Positions 33,721 to 47,180 of a stretch of DNA of 64,000 nt are shown piece by piece. Under the pieces are notes generated by a model. The model saw nothing but the letters and a program-made list of their open reading frames with translations, was not told the origin of the DNA and did no database searches. Source of the DNA: Vicugna vicugna (Eukaryota). Every line of letters begins with the position of its first letter. Positions within the stretch are counted from its first letter, which is position 1. The translations under genes were made by a program, and so were the position numbers. The stretch is from the NCBI GenBank assembly GCA_013265495.1, contig MU059829.1, positions 3,348,001-3,412,000 of the forward strand. The letters are read 5' to 3'.

Positions 33721-36700
33721 CGGCCCAGACCTCGGGGCTCCGTGACACCGGGCAAGGGCCCCGCGGGGGCGGGCGGGAGGCCAGTACCACGCCCGCTCGG
33801 ACGGCTTCCAGGTCCGTTAGAGGAACGCCCCTTTCCCACGGCACAGCTTCTCATTTCACGCTTCAAAACAAAAATACCTAGTGCTCACGAAGATCACTGT
33901 GCTTCCATTACCAAGTCAGTTACGGGCATAATTGATAAGTGCTACTTCAGTCCACGATCCGCTCTAAAGCCCGAAACAGTGGTGGGGAATCGAGTACCTG
34001 TCGGGGTTGTTTCTGGACTTCCCAGTGACAAGTGGGAGACCGTGAAACAATGTTCAAGACTCCTTTGTCTGAGCCTCCAAGACCCCGCGATGCTCGAGGA
34101 CAGGGAGATGCTGCCGCAATCGCCGCGGTCTCTTCCTCCCCTCTCCCTGCGGCTCGTCCGGCCTGCTGTCTTCACCAGCGCAGCCCCGGCTTCCAAACGA
34201 AGAACGAAAAGTGTGTGTTTGACCTCCCGAGTAGAAAAGCTTGGAATTTAATTATCTCCTTCAGTCTTTAGACTAGTGCCTCCCTTGGTACCCTCATGTT
34301 ATCAGGGTCCAGATCTGCTCTTCAGCAGTCCTGCTAGACCAGTAAACGCTGCGTCTCATAAGGGCTTCAACTGCGCGCACCCACCTTGTGTCAAAAACAC
34401 AAAAACAGAATCAGCGCACCGGGCCCTTCCGAGTCCCCGTCTAGGAACCGCGGCCCAAGCCCTCCTTCCCTGCCTTTGGAAACGAGCCCTCCAGTGCAGA
34501 GCCTGCAAGTGAACGACAAGGCTTCCGATGGTCTCCCTGCCTCCAGAGCGCAGACGTGCTTTCCAGTCTCGGCCAAGGATCACGGAGGTAACGCCTGCCG
34601 GGGAGCTTCTGGGGAACGTCTCAACGAGAACGAGAGCACGAGGGCGTCCAGGCCCCTCAGCCCCTTTGCTGCACATGCTGCCGCCTCGCAGCTCCTGGAG
34701 CTGCCGCTGTCCACGTCGCCGGAGTCCCGCCACCTCGCTGACGCAGGGGCAGGAGCACTGACCTGCTGGAGGTGGACGGTGAGATGCACGGGGCACATCC
34801 AACCCTGGGGCACCGTCCGTGAGCGAGCCAACCACAGAATCACCCGGACTCCGTGGGCCCACGACAATTCACGAGAACGCCGACTGTCCCGGGGTCTGAC
34901 CTGGTGGAGCAAGAACCAGCTACAGGCGCCCTGGTTGGCACGGGCATTCATCAGGGCGGCACTTTCAGAGATGAAGTCCGGGTCTAAGGCGCAGGGTAGC
35001 TCCTGCGGGCTGCGTGTTCAGGCTGCGAGGCTGGGCGAGGCGCAGTGCACGGCCAGTTCCAGTGCATTTTAGCTGCTGTTGTTTGAAGCAGGGAGTAGGA
35101 AGCCGACTTGGAAAGAAGAGAGCCAAGTTTTATAGGGAGGGAAGAATTGACAGACCATGGAGGGAAAAAGTAAGGTGTGAGAGAGACAGAGAGAGAGAGG
35201 ACGGGAGGAGGGAAGGAGGGGAGGAGGGAGGGAGTAAAGAAAGCATGTGAATTACCAGCTTTGGGAAAGAATCCGATGAGAAGAAACCACGAGGGCTGAC
35301 CCAGAGCCTGGTGCACAAGTGTAGAGGTGGCGGTGGCAGCATGTGCACGTGGAAGCCAGAGAAGATGGCTCAGCAAAGTGGTCGGCAGCGTTGATGAGGG
35401 CTCTGTAAAAACAACACACACTTACCAGTCTTTAAGCTAACAGTGTTCTGGAGGACACATGGCTGCGAAGCTGTGTGTGATCATCTGATCCCTCAGGAGA
35501 TGCTGGAACCTTCACGGGGCTCTAGACTCTTCCTCGCAGATGCCAGTCCCTGGAAGGGTCAGGTGGAGGGGTGCTTGAGGAGGTGACCAACAGGGACCTG
35601 GGTCACTGAGGTGCCCTTTTTCTAGACGACAAAGTGCTTCAACATTTACTTTAAAATGCCCAGTGTAGGAGTGCAATCTGTGTGCACGAGGTGACACCCT
35701 GGGGGTTTTAATTAGCATCTGAAGTCCCCTAATAGCACCCTCAGTCGTCTACGGCAGTTGGAGGACTTCAGTAGAAGTCAGCACGAAAGGCTGGTCACTC
35801 AGTGTCTAACATGTCGTTACTGAAGTCTACCCAGATGGCAGATTATTGTAAAGGCTGCTGAATGTTTGTGTTACCAGTGAGATGAGTGTGATAAGCATGC
35901 TGGTTAGGGACAACTCCAGACCCTGGCAGGCCAGCAGGTGACAGCCTTCAGTGCAGCACCTGGGGCCGGAGGTCCGTGGCCCTGGTCCTTCACGTCCCTG
36001 CACTGACTGCAGGGCATCCCAGCTTTGTAGCTATTACAGCCTCTGCTTCCAGGCAACGTGCTGCGGGGTTTGCTGGGGCACAGAGGGCCCTCTGCCCAGT
36101 GCAGAGCGGACCACGGACTGACTTTGCTTGTTGGCGCCACACCCTCATCACCATGCGGCCTCCCACCTAGTCGCCCCTCCAGCCTTCCTGGCGTGCGTCT
36201 AGCACACGAGGAGAATCTCTAGGGCTGGTCCAGGTTCTGTGTGCAGGAAAGAGACTCTCATGACGTAAATCTCAACATTCAGGCACAATGATGGGCAGAA
36301 TTCCCGGCCTGCTGGGAGATGAGGGAGAAGAATCCGCAGACGCGGGGGCTGGACACCCACCGACGGCCAGGACGCCCCAGGGGAGAGCGCGCTGAGGGAA
36401 GGGAGGCGAGAAAATGTTCTCTGCAGAGGGGCAGCTCCGTGACCGGCTCAGCCCGAGCCTCTCTCCTGCCACCCGCCCGTCACCGGAAATGCACCGGGTG
36501 GTGCTGGCGCCGTCATCCTCTCCCCTGCTCCTCCCTTTCTTGCTCCCCCCGCGCTCTCCCGCCCTCCCCCATCCGTGGTAAAAGGACAGAGGAAAAGGCA
36601 ACAACAATAAGCCACACTGCCGAAGGGGGCCTGCATGGCTCTGCCTTCCCTTGGACTGGAAAGATGCCAGGTGAGGTAGAAAGTTAAGTGTAATCTCCCC

Positions 36701-38294
36701 TCGGAAATCTGCGCTCGGGGCTGCAAGCCTACATGGAGCAGACTTCTCATTAATTACGGGAGGACTCACTCGCGTGGCTCCTACACAAGGAAGGGACACT
36801 CGGCTGCCCCGGGAGAAGGATGCTGCTCTGAAGCGCCTGAGGCCGACGATGGTGCTCTGTCCTGGTGTTGCTGGGGGAGCACACATCTGGGGCGGGCGTG
36901 AGAGGAGACACACGGTCCCCTGCTTTCCCTTCACAACACTGGTGACACACGACACTGTGGAATCGTCTGCCGGGCCTGGCGTGAGAGCGGTCCATGAAAC
37001 ACACAGTAGACACGGCCCAGACGAGTCACTCATCTTCGTGGGTCTGTGGGCCTCTGGGGGCTTCACACGCATGATGATACAGTTTAGCTTCATGATATTT
37101 CTGATGCTTTAAACAGCTGTTGAGTCAATTAAGATCTGAGCTCACATGTATCTCATAAGAATGTTTTTTAGAAGATACATTAATGAGAGGCCTTACCCAA
37201 ATGTCATCACATTAAGGCACCATTTTCCAAAATGTCAGGTGTAAGTCAGCGTGATCTCTATGGTATTTAATTTTGAGTTCCCTTCTTTTTGTCTTAAGAT
37301 AAAACCTGAATTTCTTCTTCTAGAAGGCATTGCAATAAATAAATAAATAAAATATATATGATTCACTCTCATTTTATTGGAGTGGATGCATCCCCTAGGT
37401 ACACCATCATCCGTAAGCCGAGAACAGACCTCTTCGGCAGTGTGCACAACAGCTGATTCTCCCCGTTCTAAAATTCAGGAAATCTGGCAGGAACGCCAAA
37501 GCGTGGCCACTCCCACAGCTGCACTCGCTGGTTCTGATGGGCTTATGAATTGGCCAAAATTAAGCTGCATTGATTTGGCGTAAGTTAAATTCATCTGAAG
37601 AAAGATGATATGCAGAGATACGCCGCGCAGAATGTTATTTAAGCTGACGGACATCCTCAATGTTTTACTTCAGGATTTGGCATTTAGATTCAGTGCAGAA
37701 CTGTAGTCAGACAAAAGGTGACAAAAGTCCTAGCTGGAATAAAACCGAGGGTACTGGCGTGTCCTCCACGCGGCGGGTGGGCGGGCACAAACAGGGAGGC
37801 GTGGAAGAGACGCCACAGACTCCCCTACGGTTTTTAAGAAACATGAGAACTGAACAGGAAGGTGCTTCTCTTCCAAGTTGCAGTGGAACGCGCTTCCTTG
37901 CAGTTCGGCGTTCACCAGATTTAACATTTGTCTTCTGAAGCCTCGATCCGCGGCACAACTATACCACCCTGTAAACTATGTGCACTGGAGTGGCGATACA
38001 TTTTTAAAAAACTAAGAAGGAGTGTCCGAATGCTTCCTGAGGTCAGCGTCCATGTTGCACGTGCCTGTGAGGTATTTAAAGTCTGCATCTTAATCTTCAA
38101 AGGAAGAAAGGTGATCCCTCATCTCGAGGAATGCCACTGGCAGGAGGACTAGCTTTTGTTTGAGCAGCAGAAGCAGGAGGTGACACTCCCCGCTCTGCCC
38201 TGATTACTGGGCGCGCCGAGTGTCGCCGGGGGTTCACTGTGTGGGGCCCTTCTCGCCTCCTCACCCCTCGTTCCCTCCCCCGCCCCCGCCCTGG

Positions 38295-38597
38295 CAGCTG
38301 GAAGTCCAAGACCAAGGTGCCATCAGGGCTGTGCTTCCGGAGGCCTCTCCCCATGGCTTGCGGACAGACACTGCCTCACCGTGTCCTCTTGTGGTCCTTC
38401 CTATGAGAGCACACACCCCTCTCTCCACCTCTCCCTAAGGGTCACCAGTCCTGCTGCATTAGGGCCTCAACCTTATCGCCTCATTTAACTTCAGTCATCT
38501 CTTCACAGGCCTTGCTCCAAACACAGTCATATTCTGAGGTCCTGGGGTTAGGACTCAGCATTCAGATTGGGGGGGGTGCTCATGCTCAGCCCCAACA
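38295..38597 (-). mobile_element. MLT1A-type MaLR LTR, partial
   Basis: gctggaagtccaagaccaaggtgcc...gaggcctctcccc...cctcatttaac...cacagtcatattctgaggtcctggggttaggact. Confidence 0.8.
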
Positions 38598-41500
38598 ATG
38601 GTGAGTCTAATTTTTGCCTTGATCCATCACAGAATGGTTCTATTTCATGCTGGTTTTGTGAAAGTGTTCATTTTCAACAGGCTGCTGTCAATTCTGCAAC
38701 AGCATTTTGAAAGTCATTCCAGAAGCTCAGCCTTTTCAATTTTCCCCTCCCAATAATCTCACGAGCATCATATTCACTGCCTTGAAACAGATCCACTTAT
38801 GACTACGGTTGTATCTAGTATGCAGCTCGATTCTCCCTGATTTTCCCGATAAAGACCCTCCGAGGTCAGGTTTCCCCGCGGCGCCTGCGGGCTGACGGCT
38901 TCTGCGGTCCGGCCCCTGAGCCTTCCCTTCCTCCGCCCTCCTCACGGCTGGCGAGCACATGCTTCCATGCGTAGTTCTAACTCCCTCTCACTTGGCTTTA
39001 AGGAGGAGACTTCATTTTATTTATCTTTGTGATTTTAGTATCTCTAACTCAGTGCTTTCCTTACAACAATACTCCGTCAAGTACTGAGTAAACAATAAAA
39101 ACAGTCTTTATCAGCATATATTACACATCAGTATTTTCTAATTTGTGACAAGACCATAGATTTTTTTTGCAAACGAGCCTTCAAGAGCAAAATAACCTCT
39201 TCATATCAGACATTGCAATCAACTCCCATTATTTTCAGTATAAAGAATCTTTAATTTACAAAGGATGGTTTTCCCAAAAGCTTTTGTGTAACTTGAAAAA
39301 TGAAACCAATAAAACAGAAGGCAATTTTCTCATAGAAACAATAACAAAAACCGTCTAGCAAGGCTTCCGGGCTCAAGCATAACCCAAGTTAGCCAAATGC
39401 CACCCCACGGTCCCGCTGGCACGCTGGCTCTCAGAGGGCGGACAACGGCAGACTTTGACAAGCAGGTCACAGAGCAGCAGGTGCGGGGTCATCAGTGAGG
39501 CGGCCCAGACTCGGGGCCACGTCCACAGGGCCCACTGGGGAGTCCCGAGCTCCTTGGTCCAGTCGTTTACGAGACGACAGAGAGAGGTCATCTCCACAAT
39601 CTTTATTTGAGAGTCAGAGACATCGGTGTGTGATTCTGGATGAGCCGTGGTGCCTGTGTCTGACCTAAGCACCGAGCACGGTCCAGAGCCCCAGCTGACC
39701 CTGCCCGCGGGAGGCCTGGGAGACCCTTGGCCAAGCCTCCCGCTGGTCACTGCCGCTCTGATGTCTCAACTTTGGTAATGCGAGACTGGAGAAAATGTTC
39801 CCCAAGAAAACAAGGGCGCCAACCATAAAACAATGCCTATTGCCTAGTTCTTCTTTTTCGGGTACTGCTGTGTCTTAGAAAGAGAAAGAGAGCTAAGACG
39901 GAGTCTCTGCGTTGTTTTTTTGTTTTTTGTTTTTTCCTTAAAATTAAAAGGAAATGAAAGCAAGACAAAGCCAGAGGCTGCTGTTTCTTGAAGCAGAAAA
40001 TTAAGAGTTTATGATTCCTGAAAAGACAGCTTGTGATTCTGGAAAGGAGAGTGACTCCGTTCTTTGGTTAAGGGGAGAGAACCTTGTCCCCTCCTGAAAG
40101 GGGCTCTTCTTCTTTGAAAACTGATTCGCTGTGTTTGCCGTTGAAAACACCTGGATCCGGCGTTTGGCTACCTGCGTCCACAGTATGTCTGTTCGCACCA
40201 GTTCTTGAATTGGGGATAAAAGTAACGGAGTTCAGAATAGTAAGAAAACTGAAGATGAAGACTGGCAAAGAGGTTTCTTCTGACAGATTTCCCACTGTCT
40301 TTATCTCATTAACTCACTCAAATGTCTACCAAGAACCAGACGAGGGCAGGCCACGGAGCCAGGGCCAGACCTTCAGGAACAGTGAGGTTCATCTCTTTTT
40401 CTGCCATTCGGAGCAGAATTCTCTACCAGCTTCCAAGTCCCCAGGTTCCTAGACAGGCTGCAGTCCTCAAGGTTTTACCTGCCAGTTGGCCTCCAAACAC
40501 AACCAGCAACGTGAAGGAGACGTCCGACCACCTGGGGCCGTGGGTCTTCAGTGTAACGAGGCTGCTGGTTACAGCGCGTGAGCTCACGTGCCTCGTGTCT
40601 CTAGAATTCCTGAAATGAAGTAAGAGAAGAAACTCCCGCACCAAGTGAAGTGACACAGAAATGAGTCATGGGGACCGTGTGCCATCACGTTAGAAGTTTT
40701 AAAATTCACTTTCTCTAGTATCTGACACGTTTTTATGGGTTGGATATTTCTGTTGTTTCTTCTTCTGTTTAAATAATGATTTGTTTTGGCATGCACTAAA
40801 GCACACACACATTTCTCAAGATCCAACACCACTGGTTCAACAACGTATTGTTTTCCCTTCTTGTTTTTCAAGAATACCAATTTTCAAAAAGAGCTTTCAA
40901 ACGGGTCTCCCAGGAAGCACGGGAAGGGGCTCCAGGCGGCGGCCTCTGGGAGCGCACTGGCAGGGGGCTTCGCCTCGGGAAGGACCACGGCTACCTGCCA
41001 GCAGCAGGCTGCGGCCCCGAAGCGGGGGCGGCGCGCACTTCCCTGCCACCTCCTGAGTCCAGCGGCTCTAACCCGCCAGAATCCGCGTGTTTTCACTGTC
41101 CGCTTGCTTTTCTTTCACTAGACCTGAGTGTCAATAAATGTCTCCACATTGTTCACATGGCAAACGTATTTGACACGCACTGTAAAGAAAGCAGAAATCA
41201 GTGTGTTCAGCGTATCACACAATATTTAGAAAATAGATTTGTTTTCCCTCTTGCAGACTTTGAAGTCAGAAGTACATAAATGGGCTGTGAGACATCTAAC
41301 TGCCATCAAAGGCCGTTTTCTCTGAGGGAAAACCTAAGTGTGCTTTTACTAAAGCAAGTTAAAGAGTGATTGCCAAAGCACACTGGGTAGCAACTGGCCT
41401 TTCCACTCTGCGGTACCTTTTTCATCTCTACTGGAAATTGGATTAACTCAAAGGTTCTCCTTTCTCTTTTCTCACTTTTTCCCCCCTATTTATATTTCTA

Positions 41501-42418
41501 AGACCCTGAGCAAAGTCTTTCATCTGAAAACTCATAGACTAACCTCCTTAAAATGCATGGCAGAAGATCTGAATATCCATTTTGGCAGATGTTCCTAAAA
41601 TTTCCTATGTTCAGTGTTATTTGAATTCTTCTCAAAGGAGTTCAAAGAAGTTTTACAATATACAGTACGCTCACAGGCCCGAAGACCAGACTGCGGATTT
41701 GAAGTCTCGTATTCATTAAATGGGCCACATACATGGCATGAAACAGAATGGGGAATTTGCCAGGAACAGTACGGAATTATCTAAATCTTGCAACCAAACC
41801 AAGGAATCTTGTTTGATGTGGAATATTCCGGAGCTGACTATTGCATATTTGTGAAGTTTGAAATGGCACTATTTCTTTGAAATACTTTAAGTTCTACCAG
41901 TTGGCTAGTTTAGTGTTTTGTAGACAGAGACCAACAAGAATTATAGTAATTTTTAAAAGGTTATTGAAATTAGCACCACATATGCCATCTAATTAAACCA
42001 GATTTAACAATTCTAGCTTACTCCTGTCCTATTCTAGTCTCCCCAGTCCGGCTTACTCTAATCAGGTGCTCGGTGTGTTCGGGGCAAAGCACTGGAAACT
42101 GTAGGAAAAAAGATCACTGTAACACTACCTGTCAGACAGTGAGCATGTCTATGTTTCTTCATGGGTAGAGCATTCTCAACATTTTACTGGGACCTGGTTA
42201 AAGGTAAGACTAGAAGACACTAAATCGTCGGTGAGGGACTTGCCTCCCTGAAGATTTGTGTTCACAGCTCAGGGAGGCTGAGATTTGGAGCCATGCGGAC
42301 ACCACTGGGTTGTAAACTCAGAGACGCTCGTCTGACCTCCCCAGAAGTCACTTCCCTACATTCCAAAGGGTGAGAATCTGGGCTCCCGCCTCTTCTCTCC
42401 CCAAGACACTTGCTGCCT

Positions 42419-42784
42419 GGGGAGCACAGGTCTCCCCTTTACTGAGACGGGGAGCACAGGTCTCCCCCTTACTGAGATGGGGGCACAGGTCTCCCCCTTA
42501 CTGAGACGACGGGCACAGGTCTCCCCCTTACTGAGATGGGGGCACAGGCCTCTCCCCCTTACTGAGATGGGGGCATGGGTCTCCCCCTTACTGAGATGGG
42601 GGCACGAGTCTCCCCCTTACTGAGATGGGGGCACAGGTCTCCCCCTTACTGAGATGGGGGCACGGGTCTCCCCCTTACTGAGATGGATGGGGGCACAGGT
42701 CTCCCCCTTACTGAGATGGGGGCACGAGTCTCCCCCTTACTGAGATGGGGGCACGGGTCTCCCCCTTACTGAGACGGCGGGCAC
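42419..42784. repeat. Minisatellite, 29-bp unit GGGGGCACAGGTCTCCCCCTTACTGAGAT, 12 full copies plus a partial copy
   Basis: ACTGAGA recurs 12 times at 29-33 nt spacing. Confidence 0.97.
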
Positions 42785-43763
42785 TGTGGAGCCTCTCCTA
42801 CACGAGCTCCCAGAGTCACGTTTTTGGGGTTTCTCAGCTGTGCTCTGGACCCTGATACCCATGGAGGAACACCTGGCTCACGTGAGTCACAGCACCCAGA
42901 CCTGCGAAAGACGGGCAAAGAAAGCCCTCGCAGTTTAAGCACTAAGTAGGAGTAACAGTCAGTCTCTGAGACAGAAACCTTGTGTCAGCTTCCAGGATGA
43001 GACAGATACACTGACTGACTGATTGACAGACGCGCGGCAGGTGGAGAGACAGATGCTGGCTCAGTAACCGGGGAAATAACAGGCAGAAGGCAAACGGCAG
43101 TGTCCTAGGACAAGTACCTAATTGTTGTGGAGAAGATTCAGGGAAGGATAAATTAGAAACGTTAAAGGGTAATCTGAGGAGAAGCCTTGAAATCATTTGC
43201 TCTTTCAAACAACCCAGAGTAACAAGACATTCCAAGGACCAGAACGAAGGTGGAGGAACTGGTCACCCAGAATGGGGGACGGCAGAGCGAGCCAGGGCGG
43301 GTCTGCTCGGCGCCTGTAGTTTTGCACAGTGGCCGAGGCAGGTGAGACTGGGGAGCTGGACATGGTGCTGGGAGGCACTGGACACTCACCTGACAACATG
43401 TGCGCTTCTAAGTAAAGTGGGAGCTATTTCAGGTTGTTAAAAGAAGAATGACATGATCAGAGACTTTTTTTCCTCGAAGAATTTACTGGCAGACCAGAAT
43501 GAACTGGGTGTTCTACACACTTAGTGTATCATTTCACTAAACACTGAAATACCTATTTCAAGTTACCAGAAAACAATTATTTGATCTTTTGTGTCCGCTC
43601 AATCACCTAATGCTTTCAGAAGAGACCTGTTTGAGATCAGGTGCAGAAAAATACTATCACAGGATGTTCTCATCTCTCAGAATGTTTTAAACCGAGCTGA
43701 ATTACAAAATTACCAGCTTCAGAAATGTCAGATAATTGAGGGTTCGTGTCCTCCAACAGCGTA

Positions 43764-44125
43764 TGCTTTAATGTCCTAGGGCTGCCGTAACAACGCAGCG
43801 CACAGCGGGTGGCTTAAGAGACAAGTGCACTTGCTCCCGGTCGGGGAGGCTGGAGCCCGGGACCAAGGCGTTCACAGGGCCGGCTCCTCCGGGGCCTCTC
43901 TCCTCTGTCTGCAGGTCTTGCTGTGTCTTCAGATGGTTCTCTCTCTGGACACGTTCCTAGAGTCTCTCCACTTCTTAAAAGGACATCAGTCAATCTGGAT
44001 TTGGGTCCGTCCTAACCTAATCGTCTCTCTAAAGATGGGGCGCACGTTGGCTACCCTGGGAGAGGGCTAGGGCTTCACGCAGGAATTTCAGGCGGCGGGT
44101 GGGGTGCACCATTCAGCCCATCACA
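43764..44125 (-). mobile_element. MLT1A/B-type MaLR solo LTR
   Basis: cctagggctgccgtaacaa...gggtggcttaa...aaggacatcagtca...cattcagcccatcaca; both termini recognisable. Confidence 0.75.
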
Positions 44126-46389
44126 TAGGCTCTCGTGTGTTTAGCCATGTTTCCTGAAATCCCCAAGCTGATTTTTCCACAAATACAGTGTTGTCACCTG
44201 TTCCAGTGCTTGTAACACTGGCGTGGTTCACACCATTCTACATTTAAAGCTGATTTGCATTTTGAATCTTGGGGAGGAGGAAAAGAGTATTGCAATTCAG
44301 TAGGATGGTAAGAGCCTCTCCTTTTGTCTTTTAAATCTTCTACTTTTTCTTCCTGTTTTCTGACACGTTATCTGAGGCTTGTTGGAAAATGGACAAATTT
44401 TCCACAGAAGTGCATGAATTGTCTTCAAGGGACACATAAAAGAAAACAACTTCCCAACTTTACAAACATCAAGGTTTCAGAACATTTGGTTTAGATTATA
44501 AAATAATTTATGAGAGTAATTTTGTCTTTTTCAGAATCTCTGTGTGGGTTCCCTTTATTTTTCAGCCTTTCTAGTCATGAAAATATTAGTTATTTTAAGT
44601 TATCTGTTCACTCCCAAATTAAGACATCCTTTGTGTAGACACCAACACATGTTGTATAAATCAACAGATACACATCTCGTGCCTGGATCAACCATCTGTG
44701 TTAGATGAGTGTCAGGAAGAACTGTTTCCTGTGCTTTAAAGTACCCTGTCCCCGAGTGGCACGTGCGAGATCATTACGAAATTCCCTAAAGCAGCCAAAG
44801 CCATTCGCTTTCATCTGTGCTTTGAGAGAAGGGAATGGGATGTTTCTGTCTTTGAATACCTTTAATTAACATGTTACTGAGCACGTGGTACTGCCCACCT
44901 ATCTGTCTGGGTATCACCTCTCATCTATTTTCTAGCCATCTATCTCCATTGAGTGAAAAAGAACGTGTTTCCAGGGGTCATTTGTCTGAACACTTGTTAA
45001 AAGAGCTTTTGAAAGGAAAGAATTATCTTTAACCCAAAGAGAAAGCTTTTCTGAGTAACTAAAATAGAACATCAGAAATGGTTAACAGTCATTGATTTTT
45101 TAATGTGACACTCGATGTTTCAAGTACTTTATGTCATCTTCTGAACTAATGGGAAAAAATCAGTCCATGGTTTTACGTCCCAAATTACTCTCACCACCAG
45201 AAGACAAATTTTACCCAGTCCTGATGACCAGCTAGGTCTGTTTTCAATAAATCAATACCTTCATATATTTTCCCACAAAGAACTTAAAAGTATCATTCAA
45301 AGGATGAAATGCAACAATTTTTAATTCGATTCTCACCCAGCTGAACATTTCAAATTTCCCTTTGGTAATAAGCAAGGTCTGAGGCTCTGAATTGCAGCCT
45401 GTTTGCATACAGAGAGAGAACGTCAATCATCATTTTGTTCATCTTCCAAAGTTTCAAACTCCAGGTTAATAGAATCACAGTGAACAATGAAGGAGAACGT
45501 TCAGACACATTTTATTTTTAAAAAATGACCCCTTAGAATTCAATTATATATGTTTTCAGTAAAGAAGTTTAACTCAATTATATGGCTCATCAAAATAGTG
45601 TTAAATGAATCATTCCAGATTTCCAAATTCATCATGGGATTATTTCAAAACCTGCTCACTTTTAAACTTATGTTGGAAAACAAATCACTATTCTTTAAGC
45701 TGGTACTGACCTTTTAGAAAATCAGTAAGTCAAAATTTTGGCAAAGTACTCACCACCTCACGTAAAATTTTAAGAATCCATTAATAAAAATGTAGAAATC
45801 CTATGTTTTTGTTCTCTTTTAATTGCAGACGTACACTACAGAGGTGGCCATACTCGTGGTTAGTGACATGCAGTCATCGTATTTTGCACACTTAATTCTC
45901 CTAACTTTTCTCTATTTTTTTCGCAGCAATATTATTCTTCCATCCATAGCAAGCAATTCCTTTACGTAATGGTTATTCTTGTCGCCAACCTGCCACACGA
46001 TTTTGCGTGTATAATTATCTGCCACAAAAGTCAGACCATGTCTGACTCGCCCTGTGTCCCATTGATGACGTTTCTGCCTTCTGACCTCAGGTGCACTTCG
46101 ATTCTGACTGGAAGTATTTTTCTCAGCCCTTGGCCAAGCTGAACTCCTAATCCTCACTCAGGATTTAGTTAAGAGAATGCCTTATTTTTTCTCAAGAAAA
46201 CACATCTTCTGAGCTTTAGCATGGCCTTCCATGTGATTCTCTATGCTTAGTCAGATTATAACGTTTTAACAGAATCCAGTGATTTCTGTATTTTGAATTC
46301 CCTGTACCTTCGTCTGCCTCTCTCACGAAGTTGTAAGGTGGCTGAGCAGGTGGCTTGATGACCAGCAGTTAGCAGGATGCCCAGCACAG

Positions 46390-47056
46390 AGCAGGGTTTT
46401 AGGCCCCCAGGACCCCTCCAACTCAGGATCGCAGGTCCAGGATGTCACCTGTACTTCTGACCAATGGCTATAAATTACAGGTTCCCACGACCCCCTCCTT
46501 GGGTTCCACTAACCTGCTAAAGCAGCTCAGAGAACTCAGAAGCAATGTCCTCACTAGATTACCAGTTAGTTATACAGGGATATTAAAGGATGCAAGCCAA
46601 GAGCCAGATGGAGAGACACGGGGCGAGGTCCCCAACAAAGGAGTTTCTGTGCCCCCTGGCCTGGTGCCCCACATGGGGCACGTTCTGGTTTCTTTACACG
46701 GAAGCTTGACAACAAAAACGGAGCCAAGAGGCTGTCCTTTGTGGGTTTTATGGTTTGTATGAATTACACAGCGTGACTGACTGAACCAGTGACCACCGGC
46801 CATTTACTCAACCTCCTGCCCCGCCCCCTCCCCTGGGGTCAACGGATGAGACTGAAAGTTCCAACCCTCTAATCACATGGCGGGCTCTCCAGGCACCGGA
46901 CCCCACCCTTGGGCTGGATAAGCGCTTTCGGGAACCGAGGACAAGAGGCCACACATGACCCCACTGCTCTTATCGCTCAGGAAATTCCAAGGGTTCAGGG
47001 ACTCATGAGCCAGGGACTCTGGTTAAAGACAAAACATGTATTTCTTACAAATCACA
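46390..47056 (-). mobile_element. MER21-family (ERVL) solo LTR
   Basis: aggttcccacgaccccctccttgggttc, cagagaactcag, gactgaaagttccaaccctctaatcac, ctcttatcgctcaggaaattccaagggtt and terminal caaatcaca. Confidence 0.8.
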
Positions 47057-47114
47057 ACTGTGCAGCAGTCATATGTGAAAAACTCCCCTGAATAAGATAT
47101 ATGGCTTAATCTTA

Positions 47115-47180
47115 AAATCTGCAGATCCAGGGCACAGTAAGAACTCAGGAAACATTCATTGAATAAATTAATGAACAAGT
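47115..47180 (+). mobile_element. L2 LINE 3' end remnant
   Basis: cagggcacagtaagaactcaggaaacattcattgaataaattaatgaa resembles the L2 terminus. Confidence 0.5.

Noticed and set aside
42419-42784. Regularly spaced ~30-bp palindromic repeats suggesting a CRISPR array
   Set aside because: There are no unique spacers; units are head-to-tail, no cas genes are present and the DNA is mammalian. It is a minisatellite.
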